A stretch of DNA of 64,000 bases. Origin: an uncultured Chloroflexia bacterium (lineage in GTDB: Bacteria > Chloroflexota > Chloroflexia > Thermomicrobiales > UBA6265). Below the pieces are notes generated by a model. That model worked only from the letters and a program-made list of their open reading frames with translations. It did not search any database and had not been told where the DNA came from. Numbering within the stretch: position 1 is the stretch's first letter; each line of letters begins with the position of its first letter. Positions 1-10,508 of this stretch are shown piece after piece. The position numbers and the translations under genes were made by a program. The stretch spans positions 75,994-139,993 of the forward strand of contig CAVRGV010000002.1 in assembly GCA_963720855.1 (NCBI GenBank). The letters run 5' to 3'.

Positions 1-984
1 GCTGACATTGCCCCAATCAGTGGATCCGGTGCCCTCTTCGGCTTTGGCCTCAGGCATGGCGAGACCGACCCGGTCGAGGTTTGCTTTCAGTGCGGACGCC
101 AATGTGTAGTTGGTGATCATGTCCCAGGAGGCATCTTCCGGAAACGAGAATTCCAGGGTCGCTCCAGTCATGAGCGCGGCGCCTTCGGCGATCCTGCGCA
201 CTTTCTCGACCAGCTCGTACATATAGGTCTGCGTTCCGGCACGGACGTAGAACAGCGCTTCTGCGTAGTCGGGAACGACATTCGCCGCCTCTCCGCCCTT
301 GACCACGATGCCATGCAACCGGGCATCCGAGCGCACATGCTGGCGCAGTGCATTGATCCCGTTGAACGTGAGGATCACCGCATCCAGGGCATTGATACCG
401 TTATAGGGATCGGCGGCCGCGTGCGCCGACTGTCCGCGAAAAGCAATCGTCACTGCCTGACAGGCAAGCGCTTCCCCGCTACCCGGAACAGTGGGGCATA
501 CGCCTTCGGAGTCGGACGGATGCGCGCCCATGGCGGCATCCACATCCTCGAAGACCCCAGCATTCTTCATGATGACTTTGCCGCCGACGGCTTCTTCGGC
601 AGGAGTTCCGAAGACGGTAATCCGTGCCGGCAGACCCTCGACGGCAACCTTGGCGCCGATACCGGCGGCCAACGCGCTCAGGCAGATCAGATTGTGACCG
701 CAGCCATGCCCGACGCCGGGCAGCGCATCATATTCGGCAAGGAATGCGATATGCGGACCATCGTCCGAACCAGCGGTTGCGCGGAAGGCAGTCGGAAGTC
801 CGGCGATGCCACGCTCGACCTCGAACCCAAACTTCTCCAGAGCATCCGCCGCGGCTGCACTCGATTGCACCTCCTGCAGCGCAATCTCAGGATGATCGTG
901 AATGAATTGGGAAACATCCCGCAGCTCGTCGGTATGAGCGTCGATCGCATCGAGCGCTCGCTGGCGGCGAAAATCGCTGGTCAT
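1..984 (-). CDS. M20 family metallo-amidohydrolase (AbgB / aminobenzoyl-glutamate hydrolase-like); the 3' end is cut by the window edge
   Basis: My own minus-strand translation from ATG 982-984, with AAGGAG upstream: MTSDFRRQRALDAIDAHTDELRDVSQFIHDHPEIALQE...AEYDALPGVGHGCGHN...GSTDWGNVS. It is absent from the ORF track because no stop lies inside the window. ORF 313..1386(+) is its antisense shadow. Confidence 0.85.
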   Translation of the reverse strand, partial: MTSDFRRQRALDAIDAHTDELRDVSQFIHDHPEIALQEVQSSAAAADALEKFGFEVERGIAGLPTAFRATAGSDDGPHIAFLAEYDALPGVGHGCGHNLICLSALAAGIGAKVAVEGLPARITVFGTPAEEAVGGKVIMKNAGVFEDVDAAMGAHPSDSEGVCPTVPGSGEALACQAVTIAFRGQSAHAAADPYNGINALDAVILTFNGINALRQHVRSDARLHGIVVKGGEAANVVPDYAEALFYVRAGTQTYMYELVEKVRRIAEGAALMTGATLEFSFPEDASWDMITNYTLASALKANLDRVGLAMPEAKAEEGTGSTDWGNVS

Positions 985-994
985 CGAGTGCTCC

Positions 995-1888
995 TTACAG
1001 GGTATAGCCGCAGTCTGGGCAGAAGTGATCGGATGCGTCAAGGGTCATGCCGCAATTGGGACAAAAACGTACGGTATTGCGCGCAGTCGGTAGCTGAACC
1101 TTCGTCTCCTGCACCTCGACGACCGTCGTGCGTTCCACCACGGGCCGCCCGGTGCCCGGCGTTGCGGGCCGGGGCGGCGCATAGATCGTATCGTCGACAA
1201 GCGGCAGTTCGCGCGCGGCAGTGGCTCCATTCGCGCTCGCCGAGCCAGTTCCGGTCTTCGTGTCAGTCGAGCGCGACTCTTCGATGCGGCGCGCTCGCGG
1301 ATCGACCCTGGGAACCGGCGGGGGCACTGGCCGGGAGAAGCTGGCCCGTGCCGAAGGATCGGGAACCGACAATTGCAACTTGCTGAAGCGGGTGTAGAGC
1401 AACAGGCCAGTGGCCACCAGGGCGAAGCCAAGCATGAACCAATCGAAGTTCCGCCAGAGGACGCGAGTCACGATCGAATCGGCGAGTGGGTCGCTGGTGA
1501 GCTGGCCGGTGTACGACAAGTAATAGAGCCGCAGCGCCATCGCGATAAGCAACGCCCCATTGGCCACACCGAGCAATCCGCCCAGCAGCGCTCCCCATCG
1601 AGTGGGCGATCCCCAAGCGAGTACGATCGACCCGGCAAAGCCGAGCAGCAAGGTCACCGTGAGGAGCAGGAACATCGCCGCCAGGAATCGACCGGTAGCG
1701 GCGCTCATGGAGAACCAATCGGTCAATCTCCGGCCAATGCTCGCCGCCCACCAGAGAGCGGACTCTGCCCCTACGAAAATCGAAGCGGTCAGCACGAATC
1801 CCCGCGCCACGCCGACATTCGCGCCGATGTAGCCGATCAGCGCGATGATTCCCGCGAAGATCAGACTCAATACGATCGATTCAGACAC
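995..1888 (-). CDS. CvpA-like polytopic membrane protein with a Pro-rich linker and a C-terminal double zinc-ribbon
   Basis: Intact 297-aa ORF with 4-5 hydrophobic helices at the N-terminus. The C-terminus reads FCPNCGMTLDASDHFCPDCGYTL (CxxC...CxxC). Confidence 0.7.
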   Translation of the reverse strand: MSESIVLSLIFAGIIALIGYIGANVGVARGFVLTASIFVGAESALWWAASIGRRLTDWFSMSAATGRFLAAMFLLLTVTLLLGFAGSIVLAWGSPTRWGALLGGLLGVANGALLIAMALRLYYLSYTGQLTSDPLADSIVTRVLWRNFDWFMLGFALVATGLLLYTRFSKLQLSVPDPSARASFSRPVPPPVPRVDPRARRIEESRSTDTKTGTGSASANGATAARELPLVDDTIYAPPRPATPGTGRPVVERTTVVEVQETKVQLPTARNTVRFCPNCGMTLDASDHFCPDCGYTL

Positions 1889-1995
1889 CAGTGTCGATTC
1901 TCCGCTGTGGTTGGCGACGTCAACCGAATTCTACGCCGTTCCTGTCCACCGTTCGTACAGGGTACCTTCAGGATTTCCAGATGTTCGCAGAAAAG

Positions 1996-2030
1996 CAAAC
2001 AACGCGCCCGTATGATCGGGCGCGTTGAAC
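1996..2030 (-). terminator. Rho-independent terminator downstream of the 2056..3880 binding-protein gene
   Basis: 10-bp GC-rich stem AACGCGCCCG / CGGGCGCGTT (2001-2010 and 2017-2026), followed on the minus strand by TGTTTGCTTTTC. Confidence 0.6.
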
Positions 2031-2055
2031 AGCGATTCGTGCGGATGGAATCGAT

Positions 2056-3880
2056 CTAGGCTTCGGTAAGGACGACGTTCTTGTCGAAGAGCACCGGAAT
2101 TCGACCGGTCCAGGGTCCCTGTCGCGTGCCTTGCAGCGTTGGACTTTGAACGTACATCTGAATCCAGTATCCCAACGGAACGTACACCGCATTGTCGAGC
2201 AAGAGCTGCTCGGCTTGCTGGTACTGGTCGTTCCGGGTGGCTTCGTCCTGCTCTTCATCCGCCTGGTCGACAAGGTCCTGGAAATCGGCGGCATCGGCGC
2301 CGGGATCGAAGTCGCCCGTTGGTTCGAGATCGGGATTCCAGTTGAACACGCCTGACATCGCCGCCGCAGTCGGCGCTCCCACCACGTAGAGCAAGTGCGG
2401 CGTGTTGTAGATATTCCACCACCAGACCATATTGAACTGGCTGCCGCCGTTGTCCGCGGTTTGGTCGACGATCTGTTGCATGGACAACGACGTGTCATGT
2501 ACAACGTCGATACCGCTGTTCTCTTTGATCATCGCGATCAGCGCGGCATCGCGAGCTTTGTCGGAATCGGAATCCTCTGATGCCTGGTAGTAGGTAATCG
2601 TCGGCAAGCCTTCGGCGTTGGGATATCCGGCATCTTCCAGCAGCGCCTTGGCGCCGGTTGCATCGAAGCCGATCCCGTCCGGGCTGGTGTAATTGGCGAT
2701 CGTGCTCAAGCACCGGCGGCATCATGCCCGATGCCGGTGCCCAGGTGCCCTCCCAGATATCGTTGGCCCAGACATCGCGGTCGATCGACATGGCAATCGC
2801 GCGGCGCACGCGGACATCGTTGAACGGTTCCTGATTGAAGTCCATCCCGATGGCGCGCACGCTCCCTTGCGGAGCGATTTTGACGAGTTGGGCATTCAGG
2901 GCTTCATCGCCGGTCACTGTTTCGAGCAGTGACAGAGGGACGTCCGCCGACACGGCGTTCCCGGATTTATACAAATCGAGCGCTGCGCTGGCGGCATCGG
3001 GACCAGTCAGGAAGAGCCAGGTGAGCTCGGTGAGCGATGGCGAGTTGCCATCCCAGTAATTGGGATTCGGCGTCATCACCAGGCTGTTCGCAGGATCGAA
3101 CTCCGAGAATTGCCACGGACCGGTGCCGGCCCCGCCCAGCGCGAACTCCTCGTCGCCGAGTTCCTCGACGACCGCCGGGTCGACAACCGACCAGACGAAG
3201 GCGGCGAGCATCGACGGAAAGAAGCTATAGGCGTCGTTGAGTGAGATGGCGATCGTCAGGTCGTCGATCTTCTCGAAACCGATATCAGTGGAATTGCCGG
3301 CGACGTAGTCGTCGAACCCTTCCACCAGCGCCATGAAATCGGCCATCGGAGATAGATTGGCCGGATCGAGCGCCCGCAGCCAACTGGAAATAAACGCATC
3401 GGCATTGACCGGGTTTCCCGATGCGAAGGTCAGATCCGGCTTGATCTTGAAGGTATAGGTCTCGCCGTCTTCGCTGAGCTCGTAGCTTTCGGCAAGATCA
3501 TTCTCGACTGCGCCATTCTGGTCGTAGCGCAGCAGGCCGCCCCAAACATTTGGGAACATGACCCAGAAAGGACCCCAATTGACCGTGCGATGCGGATCGA
3601 GGGTGACTTCCTGTCCCCAGGGATCGAACGGGATGGTGATCTTCGCATCGGTAACCACATTGTCCTGGAACCGGGAAATGGAATGACTCGTCGTTGCGGG
3701 TGCGGCTCCTGCTGAGCCGACTCCGATTCTGGCCGTCGCGGCCGCGGCGGCGGCGATGGCGGACCAGCGCATGAGATCGCGGCGAGTAGGATTTGGACTG
3801 GTCTTGCGGAAGGTCTCCATCAGCCGGTCGAGCTCGGCGCGAGTGGAGGAGGGCATTGCAGTTTGCTCGTCAGTCGGCAC
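2056..3880 (-). CDS. ABC transporter substrate-binding protein, family 5 (peptide/nickel), with a Tat-type signal; one frame break near 2700
   Basis: Fragments 2495..3880 (N-terminus, RRDLMRWSAIAAAAAATA signal) and 2056..2709 (C-terminus). They join as ...GMMPPVL/STIANYTSPDGIG if one base is removed from GTGCTTGAGC. Confidence 0.8.
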
Positions 3881-4061
3881 GTGCTAACTCCCTTCGAGGG
3901 TCGAATCGTAAATGCCGTAGCGTAGAGGTCATCCGACGTGGCCGAACGAAGTTCGCGGCCATGCGACCCCGAATCGCTACGCCATTCGGGCAAGACCGGT
4001 CTGCCGTTGTCGTTGAAACGACCGGCAGGGCCGCTGGGTTTCGCGCGCGGCGGCCGCCGAA

Positions 4062-5122
4062 TCAATCGACGATGTCGTAGCTGCGCGAGCCGGCATCGAT
4101 TCAGGAACGCCGCCAGCAGATCGATGCACGCCTGGATGTCGGCAATGCGCGCCATCTCGTTGACCGTGTGCGCATAGCGGGTTGGAATCGACAACGTGAA
4201 GGCGGCATTTCCGCCTCGGGCCTGCGCGGTCGCTCCGGCATCGGTACCGCCACGCGGCAGAAACTCATACTGATACGGAATTCCGTTCGCCTCGGCCAGA
4301 TCACGGAAATGGTCGACCAGCTTGTAGTTCGGAATGACGGAGGTATCAAAGTATTTGAGCGCCGCGCCCTTGCCGAGCTGGGTCACGTACTCCTGCGGCT
4401 TCATGCCGGGAAAATCGAGCGCGAGGGTGATGTCGATCGCGATCGAGATATCGGGATCGGCGGAGTAGCCGGCCACCCGCGCGCCGCGAAGTCCGACCTC
4501 TTCCTGCGTGGTGGCGACCGCATGGATCTCGGCTTTGGCATCCTTGACCTTTCGCAGCGCTTCGATCATGACGAAGACGCCAACCCGGTCGTCGAGTGAT
4601 TTGGTCATCACCGAATCGCCAACAACCTCGAGGGTGCGATCCATAGTGACCTGGTCGCCGATGTTGACGGTGGCTCTTCACCTGTTCGGCGGTCATGCCA
4701 AGATCGATAAAGAGATCGGACGTCTTGAATTTGCTGTCTTCGTTGCCATCGAGCAAGTGAGCCGGCTTGGTCGAAACCATGAACGCGCCACGATGCGAAT
4801 TGCCGGCCCGATCCCAGACCATCACGCGTTGCGCCGGAAGCACATGCACGTCGAATCCACCGATCGCCTGGACTCGGAGAAAGCCCTGTTCATCGATATG
4901 CGAGACCAGGAAACCGATCTCGTCCGTATGCGCCGCGAGCATGACTTTCGGGCCGCCGGAGCCTTTCCGAATGCCGGTAACATTGCCGAACGCATCGACC
5001 GTGACCTCGTCGCAGATCGGCCGCAGCTCGTCACGCACCTGCGCGGCAATCTTTCCCTCTCTCCCAGAGACGCCGGGCGTCTCGCAGAGTCGCTTGAGCA
5101 ATTCGATATTCAAATCGGACAC
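4062..5122 (-). CDS. M42 family aminopeptidase (FrvX / glutamyl aminopeptidase-like); two frame breaks
   Basis: Fragments 4346..5122 (MSDLNIELLKRLCETPGVSGRE...AHTDEIGF) and 3820..4644 (SLDDRVGVFVMIEALR...PRGGTDAG...IPTRYAHT). The breaks are near 4655 and 4090. The reconstructed C-terminus ...LLAAFL-IDAGSRSYDIVD ends at TGA 4062-4064. Confidence 0.8.
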
Positions 5123-5166
5123 GCGTTTCTCCTGTGCATCGCCAATGGGACGGCTGAACGGAATTG

Positions 5167-7053
5167 TTACGAATCGATCGAACCAACCAGGAGAACGCCG
5201 GACACGTGCTGCAAGCCATCCTGGTGGTAGCTCACTGAGGCAAAGGGCCCAGGCAGACGTGAAACGATCAGATCGAGCAGCGCATCATCGCCACCGAGCA
5301 ATTGGGTGAGCACGGAACAGCCCGTGTCGAGGATCCAGTTGCCGCTGGAGCTGTCAGCCTGATCGCCTTCGGCAGCAGTGGCTGAATCATCGGCCGCCCC
5401 TCCCGCCAGGCACTGGACAAGCGCGTTGTTGGAGCCATCCGAAAGTGATTCGAGCAGCAGCGGCGCGAGCTGATCGGCAATTGCCCGCGTATCGACGTAG
5501 ATGAGGCCGTCATAGTTCGCCGGAAGCTCCGCCATCGCAGCCTGGTAGGCGGCGGAGGTATCGAGCGATGCAGCGGAAGGAACCGCGATGGTTTCGATGC
5601 CGTCACCAAGACCGACCATAAGCTGATCGTCGACCACCCCGTACTGAACGGTGGCGCTGAGACTATCGGTCGTGACCGTGACATTGTTTACCGTTTGGCC
5701 GTCGATCGAAGCCGTTGTCACGCTGGCCATGCCGGCGCCCGACGACTGGATGAGCGGACCGAGACTGGTGACCGCGACCGAAACCCGATCAGAATCGCCC
5801 AGATCGGAAGCAATCACCGCGGAGCTGCCCAGGGGATCCGCGGTATCGAGCGAGAAGAGCGCTGCACCGTAATTGCCCTGAAGCTGGTCGATAAGATCGG
5901 TCTTGAAATTCACGCCGGTCAACATCGCCAGGAACCCGAACTGGTCCGCGACGTCGAAATCCGAGAGATCGACATCACCCGCTCCCAGTGCACCGGCCAG
6001 GGTCGTGAGCAGTACGTTCTGCAACTGCTTCATCACCCAGCTTTGCCCGAGGTCCTGCCCCGCCAGGAGAGCGAGGGTCGAATCGGGCACGCGCGACGCG
6101 AAATCGGGATTCTCGCCGCTGGTATCCAGCAGATCGGTCCCAGGCGCAATCGGAAGCGAAACTGATTCGAGCCGCAGTCCGGCATCGTCGGTCGCCAGCG
6201 TGAACGCGGTCGGACCAACCGGCGTATCGACAGAGGAAATCTCGACCGACGCAACTTCGAGGCTGCCTGCCGAAGCCTGCAGAACCGAAATGTCGGCATA
6301 GCCAAAGAGCAGTCGATCGGCCGGAAGAGCCGCATTCAGGCGTTGCAGATCAGCGGAATCGGCGAGCGTTGGGGCGTTCCCCTGCGTCGCTTCGATATAG
6401 GGAAGCAACGACTCATAATCGGTTCCAATGAAGATGTAGTCGCCGGAAAATGCGACGATGGCGGGGGCGCTGCTTTCAGCGGTATCGACCGTCGGGTCAC
6501 GCAGGACCACGATCGAGCCCGCTTGGGTTTTGTCAACCTCTGCGCCGTTCTGGGTCACCTGATCGGTGAACCATTGCTCCGCTAGCTCGCGCGCGTTTCC
6601 AGCTTCGATTGGATGCAGCACGATCGCGTAGGCAGGCAAAAGCGAACCAATGATCGATCCGATTCCGCCCGATGACGTGTCGTCGAGACTGCCAAAGCCA
6701 GAAACCGCGACGCCCACCTCGCCTTTCAACACAGTGTTGAGATCGGAAGGGATTTTGGCCAGTAATTCGGTGAGCTGCTCGACGATGGCGGAAATCGTGT
6801 CTCCCGCGCCGGGAATGACCAGGCGTGCCGCGAGCGAGCTGAGTCCGAGATACTGATCGCTGGTGGGATCGAACTCGGTTGCGACATAGGCGGCCGTATC
6901 GGCAGGCATCGCCTCCGCCAGCGGCGGCTCGGCCATCGCGACCGGAGTTGCATCCTGGGCGCGGACCTGATCGATGCCCGCGGCGGCGATCGTTGGTATG
7001 ACCAACATGAGAGCCGCGAAGAGGAAAAGAGCGCGGAATCGCGATCGAATCAT
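5167..7053 (-). CDS. Secreted protein of unknown function, DUF3352-like
   Basis: Intact ORF. The likely start is MIRSRFRALFLFAALMLVIPTIAAAG (ATG 7051-7053, GGGAG upstream), which gives a signal peptide. It is Ala/Asp/Ser-rich, and I recognise no catalytic motif. Confidence 0.6.
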   Translation of the reverse strand: MIRSRFRALFLFAALMLVIPTIAAAGIDQVRAQDATPVAMAEPPLAEAMPADTAAYVATEFDPTSDQYLGLSSLAARLVIPGAGDTISAIVEQLTELLAKIPSDLNTVLKGEVGVAVSGFGSLDDTSSGGIGSIIGSLLPAYAIVLHPIEAGNARELAEQWFTDQVTQNGAEVDKTQAGSIVVLRDPTVDTAESSAPAIVAFSGDYIFIGTDYESLLPYIEATQGNAPTLADSADLQRLNAALPADRLLFGYADISVLQASAGSLEVASVEISSVDTPVGPTAFTLATDDAGLRLESVSLPIAPGTDLLDTSGENPDFASRVPDSTLALLAGQDLGQSWVMKQLQNVLLTTLAGALGAGDVDLSDFDVADQFGFLAMLTGVNFKTDLIDQLQGNYGAALFSLDTADPLGSSAVIASDLGDSDRVSVAVTSLGPLIQSSGAGMASVTTASIDGQTVNNVTVTTDSLSATVQYGVVDDQLMVGLGDGIETIAVPSAASLDTSAAYQAAMAELPANYDGLIYVDTRAIADQLAPLLLESLSDGSNNALVQCLAGGAADDSATAAEGDQADSSSGNWILDTGCSVLTQLLGGDDALLDLIVSRLPGPFASVSYHQDGLQHVSGVLLVGSIDS

Positions 7054-7105
7054 GAAAACTCCCTGGCGCTCGATGCGAGCCTGGTGACGGTGGTCGGGAC
7101 CCGAA

Positions 7106-7240
7106 TCAGTCCTGCATTTTTTCATCGACACCGGTCGCGATGCTGAAGACGATCATGAACATCGCCGCGAGCAGACCGATGATGACCAGGATCGCCCCGA
7201 TCATGACGACAAACGTGAGAATGCCCTTGACGATATCCAT
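7106..7240 (-). CDS. 44-aa hydrophobic mini-protein (single-pass or hairpin membrane peptide)
   Basis: My own translation: MDIVKGILTFVVMIGAILVIIGLLAAMFMIVFSIATGVDEKMQD. It is below the 60-aa cutoff of the ORF track. It lies between clpB and the DUF3352-like gene on the same strand, and its SD (AGGAC) is weak. Confidence 0.4.
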   Translation of the reverse strand: MDIVKGILTFVVMIGAILVIIGLLAAMFMIVFSIATGVDEKMQD

Positions 7241-7316
7241 CGTGTCCTATCCAACGCTACGACGGTACTTCTGATGCCAAGTATAGGGCCGTCTCAACCC
7301 ATCGATGCTGCAAGCA

Positions 7317-7350
7317 AAACGACCCGGTCATTCGGCCTGACCGGGTCGTT
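7317..7350 (-). terminator. Rho-independent terminator after clpB
   Basis: Stem ACGACCCGGTCA / TGACCGGGTCGT with a 7-nt loop, followed on the minus strand by TTTTGCTTG. Confidence 0.7.
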
Positions 7351-7367
7351 GACATACGGATGGCGGG

Positions 7368-9975
7368 TTAGGCGAGTAGCGGCGCCTCGGTGAGGCTCGC
7401 CTTGAAGCTCAGATGACCACCGTCGTTGTCCACGGTCACGGTCTCGCCATCGTGAACCTCACCCTTGATGACCTTGATGGAGAGCGGGTCGAGCACCTCT
7501 TTCTGGATCACCCGCTTCAGGGGACGGGCGCCATAGACCGGGTCGTACCCTTTGTTCGCCAGCAACTCGCGCGCGCTTTCGGAGAGCTTGAGCTCGATCT
7601 GGCGCTCGCGCAACCGGTCGGCCACCCCCTTGAGCTGGATTTCGACCACCTGGCCGAGCTGCTTGCGGCTGAGCGTCTTGAAGACCACGATCTCGTCGAT
7701 TCGGTTCAGCAGTTCTGGCCGGAACGAGGCCTGCAAGTACTTCCATCACTTTGGCCCGCATTTCGTCGTCGTTGCCGGCCAGGGAGGTGATGTACTGCGA
7801 GCCGAGATTCGACGTCATGATGACGATGGTGTTCTTGAAGTCGACCGTACGTCCCTGACCATCGGTCAAACGACCATCGTCGAGCAACTGCAACAGGACG
7901 TTGAAAACATCCGGGTTTGCCTTCTCGATCTCGTCGAGCAAGATCACACTGAATGGCCTCCGCCGCACCGCCTCGGTGAGCTGACCGCCTTCGTCGTATC
8001 CGACGTAGCCCGGGGGCGCACCGATCAAGCGGCTCACGGAATGCTTTTCCATGTACTCCGACATATCGATACGGGTCAGCGCCTGCTCGTCGTCGAACAG
8101 GACTTCGGCCAGCGCACGCGCCAGCTCGGTCTTGCCGACGCCGGTAGGACCAAGGAAGAGAAAGCTGCCGATCGGTTTGTTCGGATCGGATAATCCCGCG
8201 CGCGAGCGCCGGATCGCCGATGCGACCGCTTCGACCGCCTCGTCCTGACCGATGACCCGCTCGTGCAGGCGATCTTCCAGGTGGAGCAGCTTTTCGATTT
8301 CGCCCTCCATGAGGCGATTGGCGGGAATACCGGTCCAGCGGCTCACGACATCGGCAATGTCTTCGGCGTCGACCTCCTCTTTGAGCAGCTTACCGCTCGA
8401 CTGGAGGCGCTCCAGATCGGCCTCTGCCTGCCGGATCTGCTCCTGAATTTGAACCATGTCGCCATATTGCAATTGGGCGGCTCGGTTCAGATCGTATTCG
8501 CGCTGGGCCGCTTCGATCTCGATTCGGGTCTGATCGAGCTGGTTGCGCAACTCGGAGATCCTGGTGAGCGCTTCGCGCTCCTGATCCCACTTCGAGCGCA
8601 ACGCATCGCGATCTTCTGTGAGGTTGGCAAGCTCGCTTTCGAGCACCGTCAGGCGCTGTCGAGTCGCATCGTCCTTTTCCTTCTTCAATGCCTCGCGCTC
8701 GATCTCGAGCTGCATGATGCGCCGCTCGATCTCGTCGAGCTCGACCGGCATGGAAGTGATCTCCATCCGCAGGCGTGACGCCGCCTCGTCCACCAGGTCG
8801 ATGGCCTTGTCGGGCAGGAACCGATCGGAGATGAAGCGGTTCGAAAGCACAGCCGCTGACACCAGCGCTGAGTCGAGGATCTTCACCTTATGGTGCACTT
8901 CATACCGCTCGCGCAGGCCACGCAGGATCGAGATCGTATCCTCGACCGTTGGCTCGCCGACGAAAACCGGCTGGAAGCGACGCTCCAAAGCGGCATCTTT
9001 CTCGATGTATTTGCGGTACTCGTCGAGCGTCGTCGCGCCGATCGCGCTCAGCTCACCACGCGCCAGCATGGGCTTGAGCAGATTGGCGGCATCCATCGAT
9101 CCTTCGGCCGCGCCGGCGCCGATGACGGTGTGAAGCTCGTCGATGAAGAGGATGATCTGGCCCTCGGCCTGAGCGACTTCCTTGAGGACGGCCTTGAGCC
9201 GTTCCTCGAACTCGCCGCGGAACTTGGCCCCGGCCACCAGCGCGCCCATGTCGAGCGCGATAACCTTCTTTTCTTTGAGTCCTTCCGGCACGTCACCCCG
9301 CACGATCCGCTGGGCAAGTCCTTCGACGATGGCCGTTTTGCCAACGCCCGGCTCGCCGATCAGCACCGGATTGTTCTTTGTTCGGCGCGAAAGCACCTGG
9401 ATGACGCGGCGAATCTCTTCGTCCCGCCCGATCACCGGATCGAGCTTGCCCTGCTCTGCCAGTCTGGTCAGGTCTTGACCGTATTTTTCCAGTGACTGAT
9501 ATTTGCCTTCCGGGTTCTGATCCGTTACGCGCTGCCCACCACGAACCTCTTTCAGCGCCTCCCGGACCTTATCCTCGGTGACGCCATTTCGATTCAGGAG
9601 TTTGCTCACCTCGGACTTCGAGTTTTCCAGCATGGCAAGCAGGAAATGCTCAGTGCTGGTGTACTCATCGCCGAACTGACCGGCAATGCGGTTGGCGTCC
9701 TCCAGCAAGGTGATGGTTGCATTCGACAATCGCGCCTCGGCGCTGTGCTGGAGCTTCGGCAGCGCATCTACCGCCTGGTCGACGGCAATCGCAATATTTC
9801 GCGGATCGAGTCCCATTTTCAGGATGACCTGAGGGACGACGCCGTCCGATTGATTGAGCAGCGCTTGCAGCACCGTGACCGGCTCGAGCTGCGCGATGCG
9901 AAGTTCTTTGGTGCGTTGCTGGGCAGCGCCGAGCGCCTGTTGCGCTTTCTCGGTAAATCCCTGATTGATGCTCAT
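7368..9975 (-). CDS. clpB: ATP-dependent chaperone ClpB; one frame break near 7740
   Basis: Fragment 7459..9975 carries both AAA+ modules ([16 protein letters not shown]) and the coiled-coil middle domain. Fragment 7368..7736 supplies the C-terminus ([18 protein letters not shown]). They join if one base is removed from GTACTTGCAGGCC. Confidence 0.95.
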
Positions 9976-10047
9976 TGCAATTCGCTTCCTTTTTTCGTCG
10001 CGAAGAGAACGCCGCCTTTCGGCGACGTTCTTGGTTTCAAATATGTG

Positions 10048-10419
10048 TTAGTCGTCTCGATATCCCAACCGGCTGAGCAGATCGGTCAGCGTTGCCCCGA
10101 TCTCGTCGAACTGGGATTTGCCGATATCGGTCTCGCGGTCGGTCATCCGTTCGACGCACTCCCGCAACGCGCGCAGATCGCGCGTGACTTCGAGCGCCAA
10201 TTGCACACCGGCAAGATTCAAGCCACGGTCCTCGACAAGATGTTTGACCTGTCTTAACCGTTCGATATCCTGATCCGAGTAGAGTCGTAAATTCGTGACC
10301 GTGCGCGACGGGGCGATCAACCCTTCGCGCTCGTATTTTCGCAACGTCTGCGGATGCATCTCGACCAAACGTGCCGCAACGCTGATGACAAAGACCGGTT
10401 CGTTGATGCGTGCAGCCAT
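10048..10419 (-). CDS. hspR: MerR-family heat-shock repressor HspR
   Basis: Intact 123-aa ORF with a MerR HTH (VFVISVAARLVEMHPQTLRKYEREGLI), located directly upstream of clpB on the same strand. Confidence 0.85.
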   Translation of the reverse strand: MAARINEPVFVISVAARLVEMHPQTLRKYEREGLIAPSRTVTNLRLYSDQDIERLRQVKHLVEDRGLNLAGVQLALEVTRDLRALRECVERMTDRETDIGKSQFDEIGATLTDLLSRLGYRDD

Positions 10420-10448
10420 CGCTTCTCCATTCCTGTTTACAGAATGGA

Positions 10449-10478
10449 ATGATAAAGATTGATACGGACCGTGTCAAG
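10449..10478 (-). promoter_or_regulatory. Sigma-70-type promoter overlapped by a HAIR-like inverted repeat (candidate HspR operator)
   Basis: The minus strand reads TTGACA (10477-10472), 17 nt, TATCAT (10454-10449). The inverted repeat TTGACAC-N5-GTATCAA (10459-10477) has one mismatch and resembles the CTTGAGT-N7-ACTCAAG HAIR consensus. Confidence 0.55.
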
Positions 10479-10508
10479 TATACGGTTGCGTTTCGAAGGG
10501 GAGACTTG

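Noticed and set aside
313-1386. A 357-aa plus-strand ORF spanning the first 1.4 kb.
   Set aside because: It is an Arg/Gly/Ala-rich antisense shadow of the M20 amidohydrolase and the CvpA-like gene, both of which have clear family motifs on the minus strand.
9976-10047. The hairpin AGAACGCCGCC-TTTC-GGCGACGTTCT between hspR and clpB, considered as an internal terminator or RNA thermometer.
   Set aside because: It has one mismatch, no U-tract on the transcribed (minus) strand, and no SD sequestration: the clpB GGAAG lies outside the stem. This is insufficient to call.
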